Shown here: one piece after another, positions 8,262-17,751 of the stretch
How positions within the stretch are numbered: the stretch's first letter is position 1
Layout of the letters: the number at the start of each line of letters is the position of its first letter
Source of the DNA: Thermoplasmata archaeon
GTDB lineage: Archaea > Thermoplasmatota > Thermoplasmata > Lutacidiplasmatales > UBA184
Direction of reading: 5' to 3'
NCBI GenBank assembly: GCA_037916495.1
Contig: JBAIXP010000077.1
Span: forward strand, 1-55,410
Length of the DNA stretch: 55,410 nt
Translations under genes and position numbers: made by a program
Notes under the pieces: generated by a model
Told to the model about the DNA's origin: nothing
Database searches by the model: none
What the model saw: the letters and a program-made list of their open reading frames with translations, nothing else

Positions 8262-8978
8262 ATGCGGAGCGCGCGGTCGGAGGGGGGCATGGCCCCGCCG
8301 GAGGACGAGGCCCGGATGCTCCTCCTCGGGACGGCCCACGTCGTCGACCTCGCGCGGCCGCTCCGCAAGGTCCTCACCGACCGCCCGCTCGACGGCGTCG
8401 CGGTCGAGCTCGACCGGGAGCGGGCGGAGGCGCTGTTCTCGGAGGGAGGCCCGAGGTCCCGGCGGGGGGGCCCGCTCCTCGCGCGCCTCTGGGGTCACAT
8501 CCAGCGGCGGCTCGGCGAGCAGATCGGGGGCGGGGACGCGGGCGAGGAGATGAAGATCGCCGCGGCGGTCGCGCGCGAGCGCCACCTCCCGCTCTTTCTC
8601 GTGGACGACCCGATCCGGGCGACGTTCGCGAACCTATTGCGGTCGATGCCGGCGAAGGAGCGCGTGACCCTGCTCGTCGGCGCGTTCGCCGGCCTGTTCG
8701 TGCCCGCCCGGGTGGTGAGCCGGGAGATGGAGCGCTACACGGAGGAGCCCGGACAGTTCGCGGAGGAGATCCGGAGGGTGAGCCCGACGGTCGCGAAGGT
8801 GCTCCTGGACGACCGCAACGAGCACATGGCCGACCGCCTCGCCCAGCTGAGGGGCCAAGGGTTCGCCCGGATCGCCGTGGTCGTGGGCGACGCGCACGTC
8901 CCGGGGTTGGTCGCCGCCCTCGAGCGCCGGGGCGTGGCCACCGACGCGATCCCGTTCCGGGAGCTGCGCGCCCTCTAG
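8262..8978 (+). CDS. traB: TraB/PrgY (Tiki superfamily) protein, canonical copy
   Basis: LLLGTAHV near the N-terminus and VVVGDAHVPGL near the C-terminus (the two GxxH motifs), plus VELDRER. The start could also be the ATG at 8289. Confidence 0.7.
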   Translation: MRSARSEGGMAPPEDEARMLLLGTAHVVDLARPLRKVLTDRPLDGVAVELDRERAEALFSEGGPRSRRGGPLLARLWGHIQRRLGEQIGGGDAGEEMKIAAAVARERHLPLFLVDDPIRATFANLLRSMPAKERVTLLVGAFAGLFVPARVVSREMERYTEEPGQFAEEIRRVSPTVAKVLLDDRNEHMADRLAQLRGQGFARIAVVVGDAHVPGLVAALERRGVATDAIPFRELRAL

Positions 8979-9850
8979 AGCACCGTCACCGAGCTCTTCG
9001 TCGCGTCGTCGACCGCCTTTTCGAACGCGGTCGCGAGCGCCACGACGTCCGGCGAGGTGAGCTCCTCGAGGCGACCCGCATCGGAGAGCTCGGAGACGCC
9101 GGGCGCGACCGGAAGCCGGCCGAGCACGGGGATGCCGTACTCCTCCGCGACGCGGGCGACCCGGCTCGCGCCGAACAGCTCGATCTCCTTCTGGCAGTGC
9201 GGGCAGGAGAGGTACGCCATGTTCTCCACGACGCCGAGCAGCGGGACGTGGAGGTCCCGCGCCATGTTCATCGCCTTCTTGACGATCAGCGCGGCGAGCT
9301 CCTGCGGCGTGAGGACGAAGACCATCCCGTCGATCGGGATCGTCTGGAAGACGGTGAGCGGGACGTCGCTCGTCCCGGGCGGCATGTCGATGAGGAGGAA
9401 ATCGAGCGAGCCCCACGTCACCGAGCCGAAGAACTGGGTGATGAGGCGGGTGACGAGCGGCCCGCGCCAGATCACCGGCGTCTGCTCGTCCTCGACCATG
9501 AACTGCGAGGAGACGACCGAGATGCCGTTCTTCGAGCTCGCGGGCTCGATCCCTTCGCCTCGGTCCATGAGGGGACCCGTGACCCCGAGGACCTTCGGGA
9601 TCGACGGGCCGGTGACGTCGGCGTCGAGGATGCCGACCGTCTTGCCGCGACGACGCAGCTCGCAGGCGAGCAGCGCCGTGACCGCGGACTTCCCGACCCC
9701 TCCCTTGCCACTCCCGACCGCGACGACGTGGGCGATGCGGCCTTTGTCCATTCGCTGCAGAAGCCCGCGCGGGCCGTGGGGGGCGTGGCCGCCCGGACCC
9801 GGGGCCGGGGCGCGCGGGGCGGGTGCGGCCGGCGGGCTCTCGGGACTCAC
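8975..9850 (-). CDS. mrp: Mrp/NBP35/ApbC-family iron-sulfur cluster carrier ATPase
   Basis: IAHVVAVGSGKGGVGKSAV (deviant Walker A), DADVTGPS, DMPPGTSD, and CPHC near the C-terminus. In-frame GTG at 9850 lies about 25 nt from the 9871-9878 TATA. An alternative ATG lies at 9751. The rest of the 948-aa track ORF is antisense to the acetyl-CoA synthetase gene. Confidence 0.8.
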   Translation of the reverse strand: MSPESPPAAPAPRAPAPGPGGHAPHGPRGLLQRMDKGRIAHVVAVGSGKGGVGKSAVTALLACELRRRGKTVGILDADVTGPSIPKVLGVTGPLMDRGEGIEPASSKNGISVVSSQFMVEDEQTPVIWRGPLVTRLITQFFGSVTWGSLDFLLIDMPPGTSDVPLTVFQTIPIDGMVFVLTPQELAALIVKKAMNMARDLHVPLLGVVENMAYLSCPHCQKEIELFGASRVARVAEEYGIPVLGRLPVAPGVSELSDAGRLEELTSPDVVALATAFEKAVDDATKSSVTVL

Positions 9851-9870
9851 GGCGTTTTTACCGGACGTTG

Positions 9871-9878
9871 ATATATAA
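9871..9878. promoter_or_regulatory. Palindromic TATA element (ATATATAA) in the divergent mrp / acetyl-CoA synthetase intergenic region
   Basis: The main AT-rich stretch in the gap. It lies 30-37 nt upstream of ATG 9908 (+) and about 25 nt upstream of GTG 9850 (-). Confidence 0.5.
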
Positions 9879-9907
9879 CGCACCCCGCTCCGACACAGGT
9901 CCCCGCG

Positions 9908-12058
9908 ATGACGGTCGGTCGGTCTCCCGAGCTCGAGGAGGTCTTCCGCCCGGCGTCGGTCGCGGTGGTCGGAGCGTCGAACCGGCCGGGGCGCGTCGGC
10001 ACGTCCCTCTTCCGCAACATCCTCGCCGCAGGCTACCAGGGGGTCGCCTACCCGGTGAACCCGTCCCGGAAGAGCGTCTCGGGGGTCCGGTGCTATCCGG
10101 ACATCGCCTCGCTCCCCGAGGCCCCGGACCTCGGCATCGTCATCGTACCGGCCCCCGGGGTGGCCGACACGGTCGAGCAGCTCGGGGCGGCCGGCACGAA
10201 AGGCGTCGTGATCATCTCCGCCGGGTTCCGCGAGGTGGGGGAGGCCGGGGCGGCGCTCGAGGCGGAGGTCGTACGTCGAGCCGAGGCCCACCGGATGTCG
10301 GTGATCGGGCCGAACTGCTTCGGGGTGTTCAACACCGACCCGTCCGTCTCGCTCAACGCAACGTTCTCCGAGAGCCTCCCGCCGTCCGGGAACATCGCGT
10401 TCGTCTCCCAGAGCGGAGCCCTCGGCGCCGGGATCCTGCGCTACGCCGCAAGCGAGCAGATCGGCTTCTCCCGCTTCGTCTCCGTCGGCAACCGAGCGGG
10501 GGTCGACGAGAACGACCTCCTCCACGCCCTGCGCAAGGACCCCGCGACCGCCGTGATCCTCCTCTACGTCGAGAGCCTCGCGAACGGTCGTCGGTTCCTC
10601 GAGGCGGCCCGCGAGGTGACGGAGGAAAAGCCCGTCCTCGTCATCAAGAGCGGACGGACGAGCGCCGGCGAGAGCGCCGCGAAGAGCCACACCGGCTCGC
10701 TCGCCCAGTCCGGGCGCGATCAGCTCTACGACTCGCTCTTCGCCCAGAGCGGCGTCCAGAGGGTCGACACCCTCGGCGAGATGTTCCGCGCGGCCCGCAT
10801 CTTCGCCTCGGGGCTCGCGCTCGACGGGCCGAGGCTCGCGATCCTCACGAACTCGGGCGGCCCGGGGATCGTGGCGGCGGACGCGGCGGTGCGTAACGGC
10901 CTCGAGCTGCCGAAGCTCTCCGAGGCGACCCGTGCTCTGATCGCCCCGCGCCTCCCGTCGATCGCCGCGGTCGCGAACCCGCTCGACATGACGGCGGACA
11001 TCGGCGCGGACGCCTACCGCGAGACCCTCGAGACGCTGCTCACGTCCCCCGACCTCGACGGCGCGCTCGTGATCGCGACCCCGACGGGGACGATGACGGG
11101 CGCGACGGTCGTCCGCGCGGTGCTGGACGCCCGCACCACGACCCACAAGCCCGTGGTCGCCTGCCTGTTCGGGCTCACCGACCTCTCGAGCGAGGCGAAG
11201 GCGCTCGAGGCCCACGGGGTCCCGTGCTACACGTTCCCCGAGGAGGCGATCGAAGGGCTCGCCGGCCTCGCGCGCTACCGGGCCTGGAAGACGCGGCCGC
11301 GCACCGAGGTCCGCTCGTTCCCGGTCGATACGGCCCGCGTCGAGCGGGTGCTGGCCCGCTCGGACGGCCCGGGCCCAAGCGTCCTGCCCGAGTACGCCGC
11401 CCGCGACCTCCTCGCGGCGTACGGCATCCCGGTCCCCCAGGTCGCCTTCGCCCGCACCGTCGAGGAGGCCGTCGCCGCCGCGGGGCGGATCGGCTACCCT
11501 GTCGTCCTCAAGGTCGCCTCGCCCGACATCTCCCACAAGACCGACGTCGGCGGCGTGGCGCTCGGCCTTGAGGACGCGGAAGCGCTGCGCGCCGCCTACG
11601 CGCGCATGGAGGCGTCGGTGCGTCGCGCGAGCCCCCGCGCGCGCATCGAGGGCTACGAGGTTGAGACGCAGGTCCCGACGGGCAAGGAGGTCATCGTCGG
11701 CGTCCAGCGCGACCCGAGCTTCGGGCCGATCGTGCTGTTCGGAATGGGCGGGATCTACGTCGAGACGTTCCGCGACGTCACGTTCCGCCTCGCCCCGCTG
11801 CGCACCCTCTCGGCGCACCACATGGTCGAGTCGGTGCGCGCGTTCCCGCTCCTGCGGGGGGTGCGGGGGGAATCGCCGAGCGACCTCGAGGCGCTCGCCG
11901 AGGTCCTCGAGCGGGTGAGCCAGCTCGCCGTCGACCGGCCCGAGGTCCTCGAGCTGGACATCAACCCGCTCATCGTCCGCCCGCAGGGCGAGGGCGCGGT
12001 CGCGGTCGACGCACGGGTCGTACTCGGACCTCCTTCCAGATCGGCACGGCCCGCTTGA
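9908..12058 (+). CDS. acd: Acetate--CoA ligase (ADP-forming), fused alpha-beta
   Basis: N-terminal CoA-binding VAVVGASNRPGRVG...YPVNP, succinyl-CoA-synthetase-like ligase domains, and a C-terminal ATP-grasp (YPVVLKVASPDISHKTDVGGV). 716 aa. Confidence 0.85.
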   Translation: MTVGRSPELEEVFRPASVAVVGASNRPGRVGTSLFRNILAAGYQGVAYPVNPSRKSVSGVRCYPDIASLPEAPDLGIVIVPAPGVADTVEQLGAAGTKGVVIISAGFREVGEAGAALEAEVVRRAEAHRMSVIGPNCFGVFNTDPSVSLNATFSESLPPSGNIAFVSQSGALGAGILRYAASEQIGFSRFVSVGNRAGVDENDLLHALRKDPATAVILLYVESLANGRRFLEAAREVTEEKPVLVIKSGRTSAGESAAKSHTGSLAQSGRDQLYDSLFAQSGVQRVDTLGEMFRAARIFASGLALDGPRLAILTNSGGPGIVAADAAVRNGLELPKLSEATRALIAPRLPSIAAVANPLDMTADIGADAYRETLETLLTSPDLDGALVIATPTGTMTGATVVRAVLDARTTTHKPVVACLFGLTDLSSEAKALEAHGVPCYTFPEEAIEGLAGLARYRAWKTRPRTEVRSFPVDTARVERVLARSDGPGPSVLPEYAARDLLAAYGIPVPQVAFARTVEEAVAAAGRIGYPVVLKVASPDISHKTDVGGVALGLEDAEALRAAYARMEASVRRASPRARIEGYEVETQVPTGKEVIVGVQRDPSFGPIVLFGMGGIYVETFRDVTFRLAPLRTLSAHHMVESVRAFPLLRGVRGESPSDLEALAEVLERVSQLAVDRPEVLELDINPLIVRPQGEGAVAVDARVVLGPPSRSARPA

Positions 12059-12401
12059 CCTCCTCGATGAGGTAACGGGCGGCGGCGAACGCTTCGGTCC
12101 GGTGCGGACACGCCGCGCCGACGATCACGGCGATCTCCCCGACCTTCACGAGCCCGGTGCGATGCCAGAGGACGGTCGCCCGCGCCCCGAACCGGGCGCG
12201 GGCCTGCCGCTCGAGGGCGGCCAGCTCGCGGAGCGCGACCGGCCGGTCGACCTCGTAGTCAAGGGCACGGACGCGACCCTCGCCGGTCCGGTCGGGCCGG
12301 ACGCGACCCGAGAACAGCACGAGGCCCCCGAGCCCGGGCCGCTCGAGCTCGCGGTGGGCCCGAGCGACCGAGAGGGGGGAGGAGGAGAGGCGGACGGACA
12401 C
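11970..12401 (-). CDS. moaE: Molybdopterin synthase catalytic subunit MoaE
   Basis: GGLVLFSGRVR...VLWHRTG.VKVGEIAVIVGAACPHR.EAF.AARYLIEEVK..VPIWK. The GTG at 12401 lies 2 nt after the moaD stop. The last 20 or so codons run antisense into the 3' end of acd. Confidence 0.8.
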   Translation of the reverse strand: MSVRLSSSPLSVARAHRELERPGLGGLVLFSGRVRPDRTGEGRVRALDYEVDRPVALRELAALERQARARFGARATVLWHRTGLVKVGEIAVIVGAACPHRTEAFAAARYLIEEVKRAVPIWKEVRVRPVRRPRPRPRPAGGR

Positions 12402-12403
12402 CG

Positions 12404-12658
12404 CTAGCCTCCCCCGTACGGTGGGTGGACCGCGAGCTCGTCCCCGGGGAGGATCCGCTCGGAGAGGTCGGTGAGGTAGCGGTCGTTGCGCAGGAACCGG
12501 CTGGACGCGAGGATCCGCCGGAGCTGCGGGAACTCCTCGCCCAACGCGCGGACGAGCTCGCGGGCGGACATCCCGTCCGGACCGACCGGCCGATCGAGCG
12601 TCGCGTGCCCGAGCGCGCGCCGGGCGGTCGCGTAGAGCCGGACCCGGATCGTCGCCAT
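12404..12658 (-). CDS. moaD: MoaD/ThiS-family ubiquitin-like sulfur carrier (SAMP-like), Gly-Gly C-terminus
   Basis: MATIRVRLYATAR...GDELAVHPPYGGG-stop, 84 aa from ATG 12658. The track ORF starts 18 codons further upstream, which is less plausible. Confidence 0.8.
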   Translation of the reverse strand: MATIRVRLYATARRALGHATLDRPVGPDGMSARELVRALGEEFPQLRRILASSRFLRNDRYLTDLSERILPGDELAVHPPYGGG

Positions 12659-12745
12659 CCGGCCCGCCGAGGCGCACGGGCTTCTGTAACGATTGCTGCC
12701 GGGCCACCCCAAGCAACTAATAATGACGGGGACTCAATTGGTCCG

Positions 12746-14488
12746 ATGAGAAGCCTCTCGTTCCGGGCCGGAGGCCAAGCCGGCGACGGGATCGCCTCGA
12801 TCGGGGAGGCGATCGCCCGCTCGTTCTCCCGCATGGGCCTGCACGTCTACGGTCACAACGCCTACCAGTCCGTCATCCGCGGCGGCCACGTCTGGTTCCA
12901 GGCACGGGCGTCCCCCGACCGTCCGTACTCCCAAGGGGACGGCGCCGACCTCCTCTACGCCCTCGACAAGGCCACGGTCGACATCCACGCCCACGACCTG
13001 CGGGCCGGAGGGACGGTCGTCTACGACCCCGAGAAGTTCGCGGTCGATCCCGGAGCGCTCCCCGCGGGCGTGAGCTCGCTCGGCGTCCCGACCCTTCAGA
13101 TCGCGCGCAAGTACACGAGCCAGTCGATCCTCCAGAACGCGGCCGGGATGGGCGCGTCGGCGTTCCTCGCCGGCATCCCGCTCGACGTGGTCCAGCAGGT
13201 CCTCTCCGACTCGTTCGGCCGGAAGAAGGGGGAGGTGGTCGACTGGAACCTCGGAGCGAGCGCGGACGGCTACAAGTTCGCCCAGGAGCACGCGGCGGTG
13301 AACGCCCGGGCGATCCCCCGCGCGGGCGCGCCGAAGCTCCTCCTGACGGGGAACCAGGCGATCGCGCTCGGGGCCGCGGCCGCCGGCTGCAAGTTCCTCG
13401 CGCAGTACCCGATGACCCCCGCCTCCTCGATCATGCACTGGATGGCCGCCCACTCCTCCGAGGTCGGCGTGGTGGTGAAGCAGGCGGAGGACGAGCTGGC
13501 GGCGATCAACATGGCGATCGGCGCGTCGTTCGCTGGCGTGCGGGCGATGACCGCCACGAGCGGGGGCGGGTTCTCCCTGATGGTGGAGGCGCTCGGGATG
13601 GCCGGGATGACCGAGACCCCGCTCGTCGTGGTCGAGTCGCAGCGCGCGGGCCCGTCGACCGGGCTCCCGACGAAGACGGAGCAGGCGGACCTCAACCTCA
13701 TGCTCGGCGCGGGCCAAGGCGAGTTCCCCCGCGCGATCCTCGCCCCCTCGCACCCGAAGGAGGCCTACCAGGCCACCGTGGACGCCTTCCGCCTCGCCGA
13801 GGAATGGCAGACCCCGATCCTCCTCGCGAGCGACCTTCATCTCTCCGAGGATTTCGCCACGGTCGACCGGGAGGAACTCCCCCCGCTGGGCCCGGCCGCC
13901 CCCCTCGCGTTCGCCGAGCCGAACGGTCAGCCGTTCCGCCGCTACCAGTACACCCCGAACGGCGTCTCGCCGCGGGCGATCCCCGGCCAGCCCGGGCTGC
14001 AGTTCGTCGCGGGGTCGGACGAGCACGACGAGCGCGGCCACCTCATCTCGGACATCCGCGCGGGGATCCCGACCTGGGTCTCCGAGCGCAAGAAGATGAT
14101 GGACAAGCGGATGCACAAGCTCGAGGGCCTCGCCGCGTCGGTCCCGGCCCCGTGCCTTGAAGGTCCGTCGGACGCGCCCCTCACGTTCCTCGCCTGGGGC
14201 TCGACCGTCGGCGCGATCCGGGACGCGATGGCGGAACTTTCGGCCCGGGGCCGCGCGACCAACCTGGTGTGGTTCCCGGCCGTCTACCCGCTCAAGGTGG
14301 AGGCGGCGATGGAGCTCTTGACGCGGACGAAGCGGACCCTCCTGGTCGAGGGCAACTTCTCCGGGCAGTTCGGCCGGCTCCTGAGGGCCGAGACGGGGTT
14401 CGTCCCGTCGGACCGGCTCTTGAAGTACGACGGCGAGCCGTTCTATCCGCACGAGATCGTGGCGAAGGTGATGGGAGGGGCCAGCTGA
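12746..14488 (+). CDS. 2-oxoacid:ferredoxin oxidoreductase, alpha (fused gamma-alpha) subunit
   Basis: MRSLSFRAGGQAGDGIASIGE..., GNQAIALGAAAAGC.F.AQYPMTPAS and TSGGGFSLM. ATG 12746 is in frame within track ORF 12425..14488 and is preceded by the AT-rich AACTAATAAT. Confidence 0.85.
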   Translation: MRSLSFRAGGQAGDGIASIGEAIARSFSRMGLHVYGHNAYQSVIRGGHVWFQARASPDRPYSQGDGADLLYALDKATVDIHAHDLRAGGTVVYDPEKFAVDPGALPAGVSSLGVPTLQIARKYTSQSILQNAAGMGASAFLAGIPLDVVQQVLSDSFGRKKGEVVDWNLGASADGYKFAQEHAAVNARAIPRAGAPKLLLTGNQAIALGAAAAGCKFLAQYPMTPASSIMHWMAAHSSEVGVVVKQAEDELAAINMAIGASFAGVRAMTATSGGGFSLMVEALGMAGMTETPLVVVESQRAGPSTGLPTKTEQADLNLMLGAGQGEFPRAILAPSHPKEAYQATVDAFRLAEEWQTPILLASDLHLSEDFATVDREELPPLGPAAPLAFAEPNGQPFRRYQYTPNGVSPRAIPGQPGLQFVAGSDEHDERGHLISDIRAGIPTWVSERKKMMDKRMHKLEGLAASVPAPCLEGPSDAPLTFLAWGSTVGAIRDAMAELSARGRATNLVWFPAVYPLKVEAAMELLTRTKRTLLVEGNFSGQFGRLLRAETGFVPSDRLLKYDGEPFYPHEIVAKVMGGAS

Positions 14489-15387
14489 TGGCCGACAGCA
14501 GCGCGCACCCGGTACAGGTCCCGGCCGGACCGGCGATCCCCGTCGTGGGGAAGTCGGAGATCAAGCCGACGTGGTGCCCGGGCTGCGGCGACTTCGGGGT
14601 CGTGGCGGGCGTCGAGATGGCCCTCAAGCGGCTCAAGATCCCGAGCCAGGACGTCGTCATCGTCTCGGGGATCGGTTGCTCCTCGAACCTCCCGCATTTC
14701 CTCTCCTCCTACGGGTTCCACGCCATCCACGGGCGCTCCCTTCCGGTCGCCGAGGGGATCCGCTGGGGGAACCACGGCCTCACCGTGATCGGCACCGGCG
14801 GGGACGGCGACGGCTTCGGCATCGGCGTGGGCCACTTCGTCCACACGATGCGCCGCAACGTCGACATGACCTACGTCACGATGGACAACCAGATCTACGG
14901 GCTCACGACCGGCCAGGCGAGCCCGACGTCGACGCTGGGCCACAAGACCAAGTCGACACCCACCGGTGTCATCGAGAATCCGATCGACCCGATCGCGCTC
15001 GCCCTCGCGAGCGGCGCGACGTACGTCGCCCGCGGTTTCTCGGGCGACGTGAAGCAGCTCGCCGACCTCGTCGCGGGCGGCATCCAGCACAAGGGGTTCG
15101 CGTTCGTCGACGTGTTCAGCCCGTGCGTCACCTACAACAAGATCAACACGTTCGACTTCTTCCGGCAGCGGCTCTACAAGCTCGAGAGCACCGGCCACGA
15201 CCCTTCGGACCTCGTGGCGGCCTGGCAGCGGGCGCTCGAGTGGGGCGACAAGATCCCGGTGGGGCTGTTCTACCGGACCGAGAAGCCGACGTACGAGGAC
15301 CTCGAAGAGGTCCTGCGCGCCGGCCCGCTCGCCCGCCAGCCCGCGGGGATCCCGGACCTCGGCAAGCTTCTCGACGAGTTCGTCTAA
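14488..15387 (+). CDS. 2-oxoacid:ferredoxin oxidoreductase, beta (TPP-binding) subunit
   Basis: WCPGCGDFG, GIGCSSN and GGDGDGFGIG (TPP motif). The ATG overlaps the alpha-subunit stop (TGATG). Confidence 0.85.
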   Translation: MADSSAHPVQVPAGPAIPVVGKSEIKPTWCPGCGDFGVVAGVEMALKRLKIPSQDVVIVSGIGCSSNLPHFLSSYGFHAIHGRSLPVAEGIRWGNHGLTVIGTGGDGDGFGIGVGHFVHTMRRNVDMTYVTMDNQIYGLTTGQASPTSTLGHKTKSTPTGVIENPIDPIALALASGATYVARGFSGDVKQLADLVAGGIQHKGFAFVDVFSPCVTYNKINTFDFFRQRLYKLESTGHDPSDLVAAWQRALEWGDKIPVGLFYRTEKPTYEDLEEVLRAGPLARQPAGIPDLGKLLDEFV

Positions 15388-15463
15388 GGGGCCGCCCGGC
15401 CGTCCGCCGGTCGCGGCGGCGGCTATTTACCGTCCGGAGCGAGCGGGGGAGCGGGCGGAAGGC

Positions 15464-17074
15464 GTGGCCGGGTCGGACGAGAAGGGTCTCCGCGACGGCC
15501 TGACGACCGTCACCTTCGGCACGGTCGCGCTGGTCCTCGCGACGCTCTGCCTGGTCGGGCTCAACTTCGTCGCCCGCGTCCTCGTCGTCCGGGGCGTCTC
15601 CCACGCCGAGCTCGACGCCTTCCTCTTCGGCTTCACGCTCACCCAGGTGCTGGTCGCGATCGGTTCGCTCGGGATCCCGGTCTGGGCGGCGCGCAGCCTG
15701 CCGTACGCGCGGACCGATGCCGAGCGGAGCGCGGTCGTCCGCACCGCGCTCTGGACCGGCGGCATCGCCGCGGCGGCGGCCGGGGTCTCGCTCGCCGTCG
15801 CCGGGCCGATCATCGCGAGCGATCTTCACGCCCCCGACCTTGCGGTCGGCCTCGAGTTCTTCGCGGTGGCCGTCGCGGGCCTCATCGCCTCCACCGTCCT
15901 CGCCTCGATCTTCCAGGGGTTCGCGGACGTCCGGCCGAACGCCCTGTTCGTCCAGGTGCTCAACCCGGCCCTGTTCCTGGCCTTCCTCGGCGCGGCGCTC
16001 CTCCTTCCCCCGGGGCGGATCACCTACCTCGCCGCCCTCGCCGGCTACGCCGGTTCGAACGCCGTCACGCTCGCCGCGCTCGTCGTCTACACGACGCGAC
16101 GCCTCCCCTCCCGTCTCGTCCGGACGGCCCCGGCGAGGGCCCGGCGCTCCTCCCTCGCCCGCGAGATCGCGCCCATCGCGGTCCTCGGCGCAATGGTGAT
16201 CGTCGCCGGGTCGGCCGACACCCTCGTCCTCGGGGCGTACCACTACGGCGAGGTGGGCGACTACGCGGTGAGCGTCACCCTCGCGCGGCTCATCCAGGTC
16301 GGGATCAACGCCGCGGCGTACATCTTCCTGCCCGTCGCCGCCGGGTTCCTCAGCCGCAAGGACGTCCGGGCGGTCCGCCTCACCTACGCGACGGTCACCA
16401 AGTGGCTCACCGTGTTCGGTCTGCCGCTCTTCTGTGTCTTCTTCTTCCTGCCGTCGAGCTCGCTCTCGTTCGTCTACGGTCCGAACTACGGCTCGGTGGT
16501 CCTCCCGCTCGAGATCACGGTCCTCGGAGCGTTCGCGGGAACTCTCCTCGGGCCCGGGACGGTCGCGCAGGTCGCGGTCGGCGACACCCGTCTCGTGGCG
16601 TACAACTCGGTCGCGGGTGGGGCGGCCGACCTCGCGATCGCCCTCGTCCTCGTCCCCACCTACGGCTCGGTCGGGGCCGCGATCGCCTGGGCGAGCGCGA
16701 ACGTGCTGATCGCCGGGCTGTGCGTTGCCGAGCTCGGCTGGCTGCACGGTCTCCACCCGTTCGGGCGGGACTTCCTCGCGCCTCTCGCGGCATCCTTTGT
16801 CCCGGTCGCCGGGATCCTCGCCCTGGTCCACCCGCGCGTGCCGCTCCTCGGCCTTCCGGTGCTCGCTCTCTTGGTGGCCGCGGTGTTCCTCCTCGCGGTC
16901 GTCCTCACGCGGAGCGTCGGCGAAGGGGACCGGCTCCTGCTCGAGGCGGTCGAGAGGTGGACCGGCCGCCGGATCCCGGGCGTCCGGTGGCTCGGCCGGC
17001 TCGTCGGGATCGGCCCGTCGCCCCGTCGCAACGAGCCGGCCTCGGCCGGCGGCGACGGGGTCCGGCGGCCGTAG
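15464..17074 (+). CDS. Multi-pass membrane protein, probably a MOP/Wzx-type polysaccharide or lipid-linked oligosaccharide flippase
   Basis: About 12-14 hydrophobic segments over 536 aa and a size typical of the family. No sharper motif recognised. A TATA-like CTATTTAC lies at about 15423. Confidence 0.5.
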   Translation: MAGSDEKGLRDGLTTVTFGTVALVLATLCLVGLNFVARVLVVRGVSHAELDAFLFGFTLTQVLVAIGSLGIPVWAARSLPYARTDAERSAVVRTALWTGGIAAAAAGVSLAVAGPIIASDLHAPDLAVGLEFFAVAVAGLIASTVLASIFQGFADVRPNALFVQVLNPALFLAFLGAALLLPPGRITYLAALAGYAGSNAVTLAALVVYTTRRLPSRLVRTAPARARRSSLAREIAPIAVLGAMVIVAGSADTLVLGAYHYGEVGDYAVSVTLARLIQVGINAAAYIFLPVAAGFLSRKDVRAVRLTYATVTKWLTVFGLPLFCVFFFLPSSSLSFVYGPNYGSVVLPLEITVLGAFAGTLLGPGTVAQVAVGDTRLVAYNSVAGGAADLAIALVLVPTYGSVGAAIAWASANVLIAGLCVAELGWLHGLHPFGRDFLAPLAASFVPVAGILALVHPRVPLLGLPVLALLVAAVFLLAVVLTRSVGEGDRLLLEAVERWTGRRIPGVRWLGRLVGIGPSPRRNEPASAGGDGVRRP

Positions 17075-17188
17075 GCCCGCCGGGTCCCGACCGGGGTCCC
17101 TCGCTCCTCTCGGAAGTGGGCGCCACGCCGGGGTGCCCCGATCCGCCGGAGCCAACCTCATGGGTCCCCGAGGCTCCCGATCCGCGTC

Positions 17189-17698
17189 GTGATGTACGTC
17201 CCCGGGTCCGCGGTCGGAGGCGCGGTGCTTTCGGTCCTCCCGGGGGTCGTCGCGGAGCCGTCCGGGCTCGCGGTGACGGTCTTCGGAGCGGCGGCGGTCG
17301 TGCTCGCGCTCGCGTTCCTGCGCCGTCGCCGTCCGTCCGAGGAGCGCGAGCCGTCGGAGAAGGCCTCGCCCTCGCCGGCCGCTCCCCCCAAGAGGTCGCT
17401 TTTTCGGAAGTCGTCCCGGGCCCGGCCGTCCGAGCCGACCTCCGGGCCGGCCCCGACGACCTCGGCGGTCCCGGAGTACTTCGAAGGTCCCCCCGAACCT
17501 GCGCCGGTGCGGTCGCCCCCCGGCCGCCGGGCCGGCGGGGGCGCCCCTCCCTCCGAGGCGCCGTCCCCCCCACCGGACCTTGACGCGCTCCTCGCCCAGC
17601 TCGAGCAGCTGAGCGAGCAGATCCGCCGGCGGCAACCGCCGCGCGTCGCCAAGCCACCGACGGACGGGGAGGCCGAGCCCTCCGCTCCCGGGCGGTGA
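17189..17698 (+). CDS. Hypothetical membrane-anchored Pro/Ser-rich protein
   Basis: High GC3 in this frame. N-terminal hydrophobic segment followed by RRRR, a long Pro-rich linker, and a short C-terminal helix LDALLAQLEQLSEQIRR. Confidence 0.4.
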   Translation: MMYVPGSAVGGAVLSVLPGVVAEPSGLAVTVFGAAAVVLALAFLRRRRPSEEREPSEKASPSPAAPPKRSLFRKSSRARPSEPTSGPAPTTSAVPEYFEGPPEPAPVRSPPGRRAGGGAPPSEAPSPPPDLDALLAQLEQLSEQIRRRQPPRVAKPPTDGEAEPSAPGR

Positions 17699-17751
17699 CC
17701 GTCACCGTGGCGGCTCTAGCTTAAGTCCTGCGGGCCGTCGAACAAAGGGCG

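Noticed and set aside
9851-11821. Upstream two-thirds of the 948-aa ORF 8975..11821
   Set aside because: Only the 3' 291 or so codons encode the Mrp/NBP35 ATPase. The rest is antisense to the well-supported acetyl-CoA synthetase gene and crosses the intergenic TATA box.
15143-17635. 830-aa minus-strand ORF
   Set aside because: It is antisense to the OFOR beta end, the flippase-like gene and the Pro-rich protein. It is an Arg/Asp/Gly/Pro low-complexity shadow.
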